This document shows positions 11,416 through 24,782 of a stretch of 50,335 nt of DNA, piece after piece. The position numbers and the translations under genes were made by a program. Within the stretch, counting starts at the first letter, position 1. The number at the start of each line of letters is the position of its first letter. The notes under the pieces were generated by a model. That model ran no database searches. It was not told the DNA's origin and saw only the letters and a program-made list of their open reading frames with translations. Source of the stretch: Catajapyx aquilonaris (Eukaryota); contig JYFJ02002820.1 of the NCBI GenBank assembly GCA_000934665.2, forward strand, positions 1 to 50,335, written 5' to 3'.

Positions 11416-13486
11416 TCAAGATGCATGCCCTCTCCTATCTTTCTGCAGTCTTTTGCACACCTCTGTAACTCGTTTGATGGCATCCTCGCTGTGAGCCAGT
11501 CTCTTTTTGATACCCAAAATTGTTTCAGTTTGGGTCATTACTTGCGAACGTTGCTGAAGTTCGTCGTGGCCATGAGGTGACCTGCACACGTTTTTTGTTC
11601 TGGCGACTGGAGATGCTTTTCGCGTACACACCTCCGCAGCATCCAAAGGCCAAGCTAGGTGAAGCCTCTTCTTCAACTGAACGGTCAGGGCATCTGCTTC
11701 AGCCTTCCATGTCGCCATCTCGGCGCCTGCCTTTAGAAGCTGAAGAACATCCAAAAATTCATTGAAAGACACGAATATTATTCATTGTGATTGTATAGGC
11801 TGTACGTATACCTCCTGTCGCAGCTCAGATATTTGCCTGTCCTTCTCTAATTCAAGATTCTTTCTGGTATTCTCCTGGCGTTCGTACCTTTTAAGTATCA
11901 AATCTGTTAGTTGGTACCTGAGTGCAGTTGAGTCTCGATTATCTCTATACTAACAGTCCTTTTTGTTGCTCCATGAGCGCAGTCAGGTCGGACAGCAATT
12001 CGCTAACTTTTGTATTGTCTCTTTCTAGGTAGTCAATTCGCTCCTTGAGTATCTTCACCTTACTCGACGGACAGTCACCATCATCGTGAGGCTGCATGGT
12101 TTTGATTCTGATGAATAGTATTTTTTAAACGGCCTTTCGGTTAAAGAGCTTTGGGGCTTTGACATGACTTTCACATGGTACCTTACTTTTGGTCCCTATT
12201 TTCGAGCAACTGGAGCCTTTGCAGGGACTTCGACATTCTGGCTCTCACTGCATGTTCCCATTCGAGCTTCTTCACTTGAACTTCTTCCTGTACTTTAGCA
12301 TTGATCCACTCCACTACTTCAGGATCTTGTAACACCCTAAAGAAGAAGGGAAATTATTTTTACTTGTACAGTACACTGCACCTGCACTGACCTTTTCTTC
12401 AAATCTGACGCCATCTTTTTCATTCCCTCGTTGCTCATCCCTCTCTCCAAGAAGCTTAATTTTGATTCCAACTCGGTTTTATTGTGATTCAAGGCTAAGA
12501 CCTGCGACTTTAAGGACCTCTCTGAAGTAAGCAATTGCCTGATTGCATAGGTGCACCGCCTAAGCACATCATCTGTATCATTTTGCTTCTTCTCGGCCTC
12601 TGAAAGCGCTACCCGAAGTTTCTCCTACACAATGCATAGTTCATAATTGTATGATAACCGACAGTAAAAGATTGATATTCTCCGGAATGAAAGATTCATG
12701 TTACCTCCAGCTCCTGAGCCTCTCCCTTAAACACATGGCGCTCACGATCGGAAATTCTGATATTTTCCTTTAACTTGGTGACCCTTTCTTTTTGAAATTT
12801 GCATTCTCCTGCTTGCTTTTGCATCAAGTCATGCTGGTGAGCAGCGACTTCTTCTGCATGTCTCCTCAGCTCCTCTTCTTTAGCCAGTTGACGAGAGAGT
12901 AGCGCATTCCGATGTCTGAGTCGTGTAACAGACAGATCCTTGTTAATCCGAGCAGCAGCAGGTGGGGCGATCTTTTTGTTAACTGATGCTATGGCTCCTT
13001 GGTTTCCGGATTCCGCCATATTCTGTGGTTCCGCATTATACGTGCATGTTTGAAGTGTCTTGAGCAATTGCAATTTTTTCCTTAGTTCTTGCAGGCGACA
13101 ACGAACTTCTTTCTGAAAAGTTATATGACACTGCCTTATTGATTTATTCAGGGTGTTCCGATTTGGAATTGATCTGCTTATTATTATGTATGCATTTATC
13201 CTGTCAAAAATATTTCGACAAGATGACACCTGCCTAATAACGGATAAAATAATAATAAAAATAATGGATGGGTTGATGGATAAAATAGAACCTTAGTGCC
13301 TGTTTGGCAAGAATTATGGATATTGTTGATATTGGGTATAGGATTTATGGAAATTCATGCTAATTGCATTATGCGTGCTTCACCGAATTTGGAATTTTCA
13401 AGATGTATATGCCTATACAGTACCTTCTTTTGGACCATATTTAGCTTAGTATTCATTCTTCGTTCGGTTAGCCTAATTACACCCTC
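11416..13486 (-). CDS. Uncharacterized multi-exon coiled-coil protein; 5' and 3' ends uncertain
   Basis: Frame-consistent exons at about 13486-13424, 13112-12705, 12624-12392, 12336-12186, 12107-11955, 11888-11813 and 11740-11416. They encode K/E/L/R-rich heptad-like sequence (RLQELRKKLQLL, KLRVALSEAEKKQ, KILKERIDYLERDN, ELEKDRQISELRQE). No family recognised. Confidence 0.65.
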
Positions 13487-13689
13487 CTGATAGTCGAAAC
13501 AACCGTAAACAACCGTTGCCACGAGCTTACTTAACAACATTAGGAATTCCTGCAGTGCAGAAATGTCCGAGTAAATTGTGTCGTCTATTTTTTTACGTTA
13601 CCCCGTGATATGGCCATAGGTCCTTATAGGGGAGTGGAATACCACCATTTCTCCTGCAATTTTCTGCTTTTTCTTCTAACTCCGGTGCA

Positions 13690-13917
13690 AGGATGAAAGG
13701 ACATGGGGTAAGGGTATAGGGATTTTTGGGGAGGGAACATTGGTGCAAGTGCAATGTCGATAAATAGTGGGTCTTGTGCTGTTCCCCAGGAGGTGAGGTT
13801 GCCAGACACCTCCTTGGTGCAGGTCACTCAGGTGAAAGGAAAGTTCCCCAGGCGGGGATCGAACCTGGGGCCGTTCACTCAGCAAGCCGAGACGTTACCA
13901 TCTCGGCCATCTACACC
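13690..13917 (-). mobile_element. tRNA-derived SINE
   Basis: Minus strand starts GGTGTAGATGGCCGAGATGGTAA (Pol III A box), then GGTTCGATCCC (B box), followed by a non-tRNA body. The 3' boundary is approximate. Confidence 0.75.
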
Positions 13918-16900
13918 TCCCCTGTTGTCTATTTAGTTAAGCATTTTATAGCCGAGTTCTCGAATGATACTTTCTGATGGTCAGGAACAACGTTACTGTC
14001 CCCTAATAAAGAAAATTGATGTTCGAAGAATTGGATTATGTATATAGGCTCTAACAATCCAAATATTCAAACCATCGCAATTTTTTTGCATTTCCTTCTC
14101 TCATTATTATAGGTTAGTTTTAATTTAGTTCATATGTTGGGTTAGCTTGCGTCTCCCTTCATCGCTGACTACCCCTCATAGGGAAATGTCGTGATGGTGA
14201 TGATGATTATGATTGTTATATGTGTTCACTTCACAAATCGTACCAAGACAGCTAGAGACGTCACATGTGAGACTTTTTAGAAATTCTGATTTGAATATCT
14301 GAACGTATAGGCCTATAACTCAACTTGACACTGACATTTGTATTGCCAGGTAGCATGATTGCAGAAAATATCTACAAGGTTGCACTTGGATGACCGCTGT
14401 GATGGGCGGCAGTGTGGATGATTGGAGTTTTGGAACCAGCTTTATTTGTGGAGAGGAAGGGTCCCTGAAGGGTAGAATTTGTCCTGAGGTATAGCAGCCA
14501 TTTGCCTCCCTTATAGGTGGCAAGTATGAAAAGGCCCACGTCCCCAACTATTTAGCTCTTTCGACTCCTAATCCGCCGCCATCCATCACCTTTTAGTGAA
14601 CTGGACCTGCAGTCAAAAGTGAGCAGCGTTCCGGATCAGAACATCCAGGTGGCCCTACACTCTCCAACAGAAAACTCCCAGCACTTTTAGCGACAGGAGA
14701 GGGTCCACGAGTGTACTTTTGGTGGGACCTCCCTTAGGGCACAATGCTGGTGGAAAACGAGATTCTAATAGCCTTTTGGGAGGAGTCATCCTTCTTCTGG
14801 GCAGCAGCTCCACGCGAACACGGCCACACTATTCTTCCTGGATCCTTTTCTTTCTGGACGACCTTTCCTCCAACTGCTCCTTTAGTCCAAATGGAGCCTA
14901 CCATCTTTCACCACCGAAAAGGTCCTGCATTCACTCCTCCACTTCAACCCCCAGAGTATTAGAATTAATCCAGGCACAATCTTGAAGCACCTCTAGACTT
15001 TTCGGTAGTTCCCACGGTGCGGAGTTCTGATTAGAAAAAAAAGGGTTTTGTAAATATAGTGGCGTATAATTCATCTTGAAATATTGTATGCGGGGTACCG
15101 GTACTCTTTTATTAGTGAGGGAAAGTAATGCGTAATAAAATATCATGTGGAATTTAGAATGGAGTGGTAAAAAATAAACCTACGAGAGGATCCTGGTCAC
15201 GTAGCACTCGTGAAAGACAAATCAAGGGCAGCTGCTGCCAGGATAAGTGTATAGGATAATTTTTTTTTCAGTAGTCTCAAAGCTTATGGATTCATAATCC
15301 AAATTGTCTGGAATGATAAGTTGCGACACGTAAATACACTTTGCATTCCAGGAAAACCGTGCTTAGGTGTTTCAGAGATTGTGTTTTTGCCAGTTGCACT
15401 ATACGGCCAGCAGGTTTTCTGATGGGAGCTGCCTAATTACGGTAATCAGATTAGCTCTTGCTGTTTTGTTACAGTAGCTGATCTGATGATATGCTTGAAG
15501 TCTCACATTATCCTAAATGCAATAATTATATTGGTGAGTAGGTCCTTACAAGAGCACACCATCTGCATCTTGTCGTAAACACTTGGTATAACCTTCATAC
15601 ATTCGGACATGTTTCTCTTCCGCGATATTTTATTCGGATGTGTAATAAGTGTCATTAGGCCACAATTACTTTTTCGGGCTTCAAGTGTACATGGCGTGTA
15701 CATTCTTGTATATCGGCATACTTTGACAGTGTACCGCAATAATACTGCCCAGTCGCAAGATTTAAGTGACAATTCCCTCCCCATTCAAAACTTTATGAAT
15801 GACTGGTTCCTCTGGCCGAAATGAATCAGACCGCCGAAATTGCCCAATTAGGTACACCCCCCTGCTTCTGTGTGGGTATTTTCATGGGTTGGCTGTAGAT
15901 CACTTTCGGTGGGGCCTCAAGAAGTGGCCCTCGGAGCCGGAAAATACCCAGAATGAAGTGATAGGGCAGGTTTGGGAAGCTCATTGATGGGGCCAGAATT
16001 TGGTGTCGAGGGCAGGCCCAAAGTGCATTAAAAGCTGACTAAAGGCCCAGTGACAGCTTTACAAGCACCCCATTGGAAGTGCCCTTTGATTTTGGTCCTG
16101 CTGCCTGACCCTTCCCAGGGAGACTTTTCAGCTTTTGTCCAGGTCCCATACTTGAAATCACCCATCTGCCGTTCCCTTTCCACCTATAGAAACTGTTCTT
16201 TTTGCAAGCATTTTGCAGATGTTGTTTTTTTTTGAAATAACAAGTAAACAAGTAAAGGCGTAATTTTGCAGCATATGTGAATGACATGGGATGCCCTCGG
16301 GAAGATTTGCCGCAATTAACGTATGCCCTACCCTGTACTTTGCATTTTAAGATTTTAGTGTCGAGGCCAGCTTCTGCTCGAGTTTTTTCGCCCATCCGAT
16401 GGTTTTTGCAGCATTTTCAATAACATAACTGTCGCGGCAACTTTTCCTACTCAAAAAAATGCATAACCATGCAGCATAAACATCCATTATGATGATATCT
16501 CCAGACTACTGTTACACGCTAATCGTGTGTTTTTATGTACACTAGATGGTGTATAATGACTCTCCAATTCGAGTCTTAAACGCTCTCATAACACTAATAG
16601 GAATGATAATAAAATAGCAGGAGAGCAGCTGCTTGGAGCCAAAGAAGCAGGAAGGCAAAGTAGCTTATTGTCATAAAAATGGTTATTTTTTTTAACGGCG
16701 AACAAATGAGATGGTGAGCTGGGGTCGCAGAGGTGATGAGGAGGTAGGACAATTCAAACTGGATTCGGCGCAGACTCGGGATTTTCTACATCATTATATC
16801 ACCCATTATTTTTCAGCTTTCTACTCTGAACCGTATTTCTGGACCTTGCCGACGTTTTTATGACCGAGGGTAATCATGTTGGATGTCAAAGTAGGAGATG

Positions 16901-19900
16901 TCAAGCATGGAATTTCTCGCGTGTGAGAATCCGCTTTTTCTGATGCTTACCAGTTGCTTGTTAAAAGCGGCTGAAACTGTCGAAAATAATAGCATAAGAG
17001 CTCGGGGAAGCGATGGTTCGTTATTAATCTAAAGGCCTGGCTGTCCTGGCTGATTGACCGCTGCCCAATTACTGATTATATCAAGATCGTATCATAATTT
17101 TTAGGCACTTACAACATGCGGGCCTAACATTTTATGCGATTTGATAAAAGGAAACTTTTTGGATGGTCTAGGTCCGTGCTGGTTGGCAATGTCAAAGGAA
17201 GGAGAGGAAGGAGGACAAAGAGACGCTGCCGAAAGTGAGCTTCTTCGTGCAGTCATCCAAAGGTCTTTTTCCCCTTTTGTGTTCCTCTGGGTCCCCCTTT
17301 GGGAGGAGTACCTTGGACGGACAAAAACCTCCTTCCAGAATGACCCCTGGTGCGGGTACAGGCCTACACCTAACTGACCGTCACCTATTCAAAGTTCTTC
17401 CTGTACAAGGCTCTTCGATGGGTATCTTTCCCTTCACTATATAGTGAGGATGTCCCCAGCAGCAGTGTACTTTTAGGTATATTGTCAACTAAAATATGTA
17501 CACAATCCGATATTTTCTTACATAACACTTGTATACTACAGTGCTTAATGGCAACTTAGGTAGTGAGGGGGTGATATTGAGTTTTTTTTTCTTATCAAAA
17601 GGCAGGGGCTTTTCTTGTGTGTCTTTGGAGCAAGCAGGCTGCTGGGCTGGTCACGTGTTGCTCTTTTTCTTCCTTTTTCTTGGTCCCAGAGGGCAATTCT
17701 TCTATAGAGGCCTAATCGGCCACTTCCGGTGGATGACTGCCAAAGGCCATCTCACCCTGCAGGGGTACCTTATACCCAGCAGTATGCAGCTTCCAGCAGA
17801 TGGAACCTAATTTTTTGTCTTTCTTAGGTGCGCTCAGGTGTCTTACCGATCAGGTTTCACTACACAATGAACTTTTGCGCTATTATTACTGTCAAACATT
17901 GTCAACCACAACTCGGTTCTAATAGCACTTTAATTTTGCTGTGTGCGCAAGAAATATAATTATCATTGCCTGGTGGTTTCATCTTGCGGCCTCCCACGAT
18001 TATTATTCAGGCCTACTTGCCCCTTCGTTTTTTGGCCAACTTTATTTTATTTCTTTCGTGTGTCGTGGACTGCGTGCACCTGTTGGCTCTGTGATGCCTC
18101 CAGGGCCGAATCAAATAGGCGAGAGTAGAACACACAAAAGGGAAGCTTAATGACCTTGGCACTTGTATAATGATTTTGATACCAATAATGATGGTCGTGG
18201 AGAGAGAAAAAATGCTTTTCTTTGCCTCTTTTTCATGTCGGGTGTGACCGCTGCTCAAGGCACCAGAATCCCATTGGCGAGAGAATAGTTCAAATCCAAT
18301 AGGAGGATAGCGTGCTTCTCAAGCCACGTCTCATTCGTGCTCTACGGCCCGTGTCTCAAAACCTCAATCCGATTTTTTTTTTTTCCTTTTTTGGCCAGCA
18401 CAAATGGCGATGTATGGCTTCCGTTTGGGGGTCGTTCTTGCTCGCCTTTTTGCAGGTGACAAACGTTAGTACGTGTAGTCATAAAAAAAGTCCCGTGTTC
18501 ATTTGCAAGCTATTTTAGAAGTCAGTTTCTATGAGAAACCAGTTATACCGGCGTCTTGAAAGAAAATATGGCAAAAACTGTGAAAGAGAGCACCTGTACT
18601 CTGCAAAAAGGGCGGAGCAATTTTATTGAAATTTGAACTGCATAATATCATGTCCAAGGTGCTATACATTAATCAATATCAAATATACCATACAATAATA
18701 TAGACAGGAGTAGGATTAGTATTTTTCTAATGTCCAAGCTGCAAAATTAATCTGGTCAGTGAATTTACTGCTTAAGGCAGCTAGTGGTCCTCATATACAG
18801 TAAGTTAGTTGAAAATGAGATATGCAGGATGATCCTAACATACAAGTCTTGTCCTACGAATATATGCCTAGCCGGAGTGCATTTTAAATTAATTGCATAC
18901 TGAGCTTATATAGTCGTGCACTTGGCATTCATTAAATTGCAATGCACAGGGTTGGGCACTGCCTAGTCCCCGTAATTTAAATGGGAAGCAGGTGAAGATA
19001 CAACGACTCGTTTTTCCAGCAACCAGTTTTAACAGAAGTAAACAATTCCGACTGGTGAATGTGGCCCTGATTATCGCTTCTTTACTTGTAGCTGGAACTG
19101 GAATAAACAAGCTGATGCATTCTGCAGAATGCAGATTGTTTATTCCAGCGAACAAGGGCAGGGGCATGCACTATAAATTCTTCCCTTTCCAGTTGCTTGG
19201 ACTGTTCTTGGGACTTGAACCTATTTTTTCAATATTTTTTCTATCACGCAAAATGACAATCTGTTTTATAATAAGTGTTATAGGTCAAACGAATATTGAA
19301 ATAGCTGGTGAGATAATTTTATTAACATATCTGCAGCAGATTTCGCACATTTAATCAGAAACAAGCGTCAATGCATAAATTTCATATAGCTTATATTTAT
19401 AATGAAAACATTATGTCGTCTAATCACGCAAGGCAGTCCACATGCATCGAGGTCATCCATATATCAGGTGTCAAAATATGGCATATTTGTCTAAACAAGA
19501 CCAGAAGCTACTTGCTGCTGTTTTTTTGTTTTTTTGTTTGCATACTCACACGCTATAAAGTACTTGAACATACCACCACCTGTTGATGCTGGGAGTATGC
19601 TGTGGCTAACATATAATCTACAAGCTGGTGGCAAGCGGGACAGACCAACTGAAATCTGTTTGTCTGCAAGCGTCGGAGAATCTCTGAGTAGCTCATCAGA
19701 CACACCTTAAGCATGAGCCCAAGCAGACAGCACAATGGTGGAGGTGCGAGGGCTCATCCCATTTGACATTCCGAGATATCGCTTCCTGAAAAAGACCCAG
19801 GACACGCATTACACGCGCTCTACCGCTTTTCTAAAATCCGCCGGCCAGATTTTTCCGGGCCGATGAGCTTTTTGGGATTTGTCGGCTCTTTCTCACATGG

Positions 19901-22900
19901 GCTTAGGTTACGGGTCCTCTTCATTCGGTTGCTGCTTCTGTTCGGACTGCAGCAGATGTCCCCGGTTATTCTTGGCCAAAACACTCACTATAGAACTCCT
20001 CGTGTGATAATACACCATGTTTACATCTCTGTATAAGTGATACACTAATATGCATAATGACGCGCCCATAAGTTAAACACACGTACTGTATGATGATATA
20101 CTGATTATTTTGGACATGTACCTCATACAGGGTGTTTACCTTGTAATGTTTGCCGATGCTATCATTCCTTGGCATCGGAATATATCAACGGGTGAAAGGG
20201 AAATTATGGGGGGTACCGGTGTGGGTTTGTTTGTGTGGTGGTGGTGGTGACCGCTTGGGATTACGGAGAAGGTTCTGGCCGCCTAATATATGGGGCCCGC
20301 GACTTGTTTTCTGGCCCTTGGTCTCAATCCAGGCGTGCAAATGGTTCCTGCGGCGTTTACACAGGAATCCAGGCGTGTGATTAGGACCATCCCTTCTCTA
20401 ATCCTGCCCAAGTCTATTTTACGCGGATTCCAGAAGGGATGAATCCTTCGCATTGGCCTGCTTTAATAGTGAACATCTCCGCCTCCTACACATGTGTGGG
20501 TGTCATCTAAAGTGATATGTGGCGGTACATGCACAGTAGGAACTTTTTACCATGTTTTTAATTACTTTTCTGGAATCATCTTGTAAAAAAATTAAATGCC
20601 AGTTCTTTTCAACTGGGATTGATTGTTGTAAGCCATAAAACTCATAATACACTATTGGCTTTACGCTCGGCCGAGAAACATTTGACCTGGATCCAACCAA
20701 GTACCACGTGGCCGCATGTGGTGGTATCATCATATATGATTAATATAAAATGTGGTTGAGAGTCTTGAAAAACGTTCTTGTAATAAAGTAATTAGCCATG
20801 GCTTGAAGAAGATTAATTATGTCATCACGATGATTTTAGTTTTTTTATTGCATCATCATTGGGCAAGATTGACTTTGCTGTAATAATCAAGAACAAAAAT
20901 GCTGATGACCTTGTTGTTATATACCAAATGCTGGGGGGAGTAGGAGAAGGAAAAATGATAATTAGTATGAATATTTTTAAATTACTAATAGTACTTCACT
21001 CTTAGGGTCTGCGAAGTGTGAATCTGCTTAGCCTGTACACCGCCTAATTTGAAAAAAAATAATTGACGTAGTGTTTCAAAAAAGTTGTAAGTCATTATTG
21101 TAGTAGGCCTATCACCTACAGCTGCATCTTGGCGACACTGTATATAAGAGTCGCGGAAAAGATGCGCGCCAAATTGAGGTTCCCTTCGAGTTACTAATAA
21201 AATATTTGTTTACACCCTCAATTTTGGCAAGTTCTAAAACAATTTTTGCTGTCAACCACGGGGGTGATATAATGTAGAGATAATATCCTGATGGTTATGC
21301 AACCTCCAATATAATCGGTCCCAGCTGCAGGAATGCTTTAGTCTAAACCGCTTCTTCTGTAGAAACAGGAAGTCCGAAAAAAGTACGAGAGGATGTAAGC
21401 ATATCCACCACCTTATTTGATCATAATTATATGTTTAGGCCTACAATCATATTATGGGGATAAATTATTGCTCTCTTAGGTTATTTAGCTTATTATAACA
21501 TCATGCATCATATTATTATTATTATATGCATACTGCACGTTGTCTCTATCGTATACCACCAAAAAGCTTTGTATTATGCAAAAAAAAGTGTCTTCCAATG
21601 ATATCCCGAAATTACCACTGATCTGATCATTATAAGTTCCAGGTGAAAGTCAGCCAAAAAGACAATCCCTTAACCTTTGTAAAGTTATGATGGTTGCATA
21701 GTGACAAGGATGCGCTTGGCCATACACTTCTGATGACTATACATTGATTCGTGAAAAGGTTTGACGTATACAGTCTTTGACTGCTGTTTTAAATGTTAAG
21801 CGAACGCTAAAAAAAATACAAACCTCATCGTGCTCTTCAACTTTTCAACTGTGGATAGTAAGTCACCTATTTCAACTATAATAGGCTTGTATCAAAGTAG
21901 TTTCTGAAATCTACTAAACCAATCACTGATGCAAATTTTCTGCAAAGCATTCGCGTTCACTTAATTCCCATTATTCACGAGTTATTTTCCTCCAATAAGT
22001 CCTATACATTGGCGGCATCTCGTTTCTTCAACACTTTTTTCCTCTCCCCCTGGCCACGGTGTCCACATCCTCAATTTTTTCCGTTCATCCGACTGAATCC
22101 TGATCGGATGTCTGGATTGATGTAGCGTGACGCAGAAGATGAGTCACGGACGAGGATGCTGCTCCTTTTTGCCTCACTTTTTTGGACACCTTCGAAACCC
22201 TTGTGCAAGCAGTGCAAATTGCTGCGACATGTCCGCCAGACAGATTTGCCTGAAAGTGGGGGCAGTGAGCGATGGTTCCTGTGCCCCACATTTTTTTCTT
22301 CTTATTTTATTGGCGGCTTTTGCTCCATTGCCTTAAAAGTAGACACACTGTTAAGGGTTGGATGCTGACCACCCTCGGTTGCTTTGTCACATTTGGCTTG
22401 TTTATATCTAGAGGTCAGCATGTGACCTGACCAGACATGTACACAGAGGTGTTGATGAAGCCGTGGAAGGTGGGAACGTGGTAGAGTACAAGCAGCAGGG
22501 TGTGATTTAAGTGTGGACGATTCCAGACTATTTATTGAAGTAGTGTATATAAAAACGAGCGGATCCTGCCATCCACGTGGAAGGTTTCCCACGACCCCTG
22601 GCAGAGACCCTCCTCCTCCACTTTGATGTAGTTCTCCAACTGGTTGGGCAACACTCCGAGGAAACCGCAACAACCTCAACCGGGGCCAAGGAGGCCTCAT
22701 TTCCACTCCGGATGCTGACTTTTATTCATCTGGACTTGTTCCCTTCATTCAGAAAACCTATTCCTACCTGAGGCATTTCCTGCCGCACTCCTTGTTTTAT
22801 GGCATGGCTTGCTGCCCACCTTCAGCTTGCATCTGGCTGCCCTCGAGCTGTTCAAATGGCGCTGACCCCAACGCCTAAGGGACAATTCTGCAATTTTTTT

Positions 22901-23034
22901 CATACAAATGGTGCTTGTAGTTCTGCAACATGATAGGATGTGTTGTAACGAACGAGTAACTGTTCCACAGTCTCGTCGGTCGTTACTTGGAACGTAAAGT
23001 AGCTGAAACCCTTCACAACAGCCATATTTTTCAG

Positions 23035-23111
23035 TACTCGCTTAGCACGGCAGTGGGGCTTCGCCCAAAGCAGAGAGAAGGGCTTCGCCCCCCTGCCGTG
23101 CGAAGCGAGTA
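23035..23111. repeat. Branched inverted repeat: 19-bp stem enclosing two GGGCTTCGCCC mini-hairpins
   Basis: TACTCGCTTAGCACGGCAG (from 23035) pairs with CTGCCGTGCGAAGCGAGTA (to 23111) with one mismatch. GGGCTTCGCCC occurs at 23056-23066 and 23080-23090. Confidence 0.85.
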
Positions 23112-24774
23112 TTTCCTATATGCTCTCGGTTAGGGGTTAATAGTAATATTGGATTTCGTCTTTATGTAGTTAGACTCTACATACATAGATGGGTAACCCA
23201 TGAGAATGGCAAGTGTTCCGCACTTGTGCCGCCTGCAATTGCGCAAGAATGTTTATAAGACATGTAAAGTGGCCGTAAATGGCTAGGTGAGTGGCGAGAG
23301 TGATTAGAGTGGATACGGTCCGACGGCTTTCCCACGCTGGGAACATGGCACAAAAAGGGCAAAAATGCTTCCGGAAAGTACTCTTGGCTGCAGCAGGTTG
23401 CTGGGGGATTGGTGGAGAGGGCCGCCCGGGGTAGAAAGACCTCATTGAAGCCATGACCGTGACTCCAAGGATGGTCGGGGTGGGTAAAAAAAATGCATGA
23501 TCTTTGCCACGCTTCTTGCACACGCCAATGAGATTTTTTAACAGTCTCCGACCGGCTGCTGCTGGATTCCTCTAGTACAGCCAGGCATGATGTCCTCTGC
23601 CTTCATCGCAGGATGCAGGCACACCCAGAGGGCATCGGAGGAATTATTTGGGTAGCGATGATGACTTGGTAACACGTGGCAAGCACAAGTGGCGCGTGGG
23701 TTCAGGTGATGGAAATGTCAATCGACGAGGGAAAAAATTTAGGCAAAATCGACTGTATTGTACTAAATTTTTTGTGCATGATTTAAGAGAATGAGATATG
23801 AGCGATAAAAACTTAAAGCTTTCCAACCAGAGCAGGTGGATAAATTATGACCTGTGCTCACTGCGGAGCAGACATCTTCAGAATGTAGCCAAGCAGCTAC
23901 TTTATGCAATAAATTTATTTTCATTGTACTTTTATGGCGATAAACTCCTTCTGCTACATTTTTTCACCAAGTTGAACAGAATTAACTAACTTTATTCAGA
24001 ATGCCTTTGTAGGCAACACTCAAGCATATTCCTCAGACCTTCATTATGTTATTCTGCTTCTTGAACATTTGAATCGCGGACAATGGACTCTACTGCACAA
24101 GTGAGTCGAGACATTATTTCATTTTCAGTAAAAACAGCCATTTTAATCCAACCATTCCATCGAGCAGTATATCCTTTAATTTTTAGCAATTTATTCATCT
24201 GATAGTGGAAACGCCCTGTAAATATTCATTATTGAGAAACTTACCTCCAGATATTATGAGGGAGACTGCTTGCAAGTTCATTATTCCTTGAGAGCCACAC
24301 AATATATTTCAACACGTAATTTTTAAGAAATAAAAAATGGTGGCAAGATCAAGGCCGAAACCATCATTTTGTAAGATAATGCAAGAAGAAAGCGGCCGTG
24401 AGCGTCAAAGGACGTAAAGAATAATCAGGTAGCTAATTTGGAGGTGGTAGCAATATTATCGCGCCATGAAATTGGCGACCTTTTTACTGGAGGTTGGTAA
24501 TTGCTCTGGTATTAATAAGCTGTCCGCTGAATCACGATGGCAATTCCAGTGCCTGTACGTGACTTTTAAGGACGATGGCAGAATGCAGACCTGCAAAAAC
24601 TGTCGGGGAATGAGGTGAATAGACTTCAAACACATCCATAATGTACAATAAATTGTATTAAAATTAATGAGATCAAATACCACAATGAAAAAATACATAG
24701 CACATGTTCTTATACATAGTGGATTTAATTATGTGAGAACCCATCATGCTTAATACAGAAGCGTAATAATTTCA

Positions 24775-24782
24775 TATCACAG
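24775..24782 (-). promoter_or_regulatory. K box (CTGTGATA), miR-2/11/13-family target site, in the putative HES 3' UTR
   Basis: Plus-strand TATCACAG is the exact reverse complement of the K-box consensus, about 660 nt past the HES stop. A second CTGTGAT lies at 25346-25352. Confidence 0.6.

Noticed and set aside
12186..13112. Faint resemblance of the coiled-coil protein to KIF4/chromokinesin stalk motifs (RLQEL, VLRR, VVEW)
   Set aside because: Generic coiled-coil composition; no motor domain or Cys-rich tail found; not supportable without a search.
13840..13917. tRNA-gene-like sequence (also at about 31700-31783)
   Set aside because: A and B boxes are present but there is no convincing full cloverleaf, and each continues into a SINE-like body.
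14300..20400. GC-richer patches and short ORFs that might be transposon-coding remnants
   Set aside because: Multiple stops in all frames examined and no RT, integrase or transposase motif recognised; probably old repeats but unassignable by eye.
22000..24400. Bearded-family or additional E(spl) gene near the HES gene (TATA-like TATATAAAA near 22547, Brd box at 23814)
   Set aside because: No ORF with Bearded features (basic amphipathic N-terminus, NxxN motifs) and no second bHLH was found.
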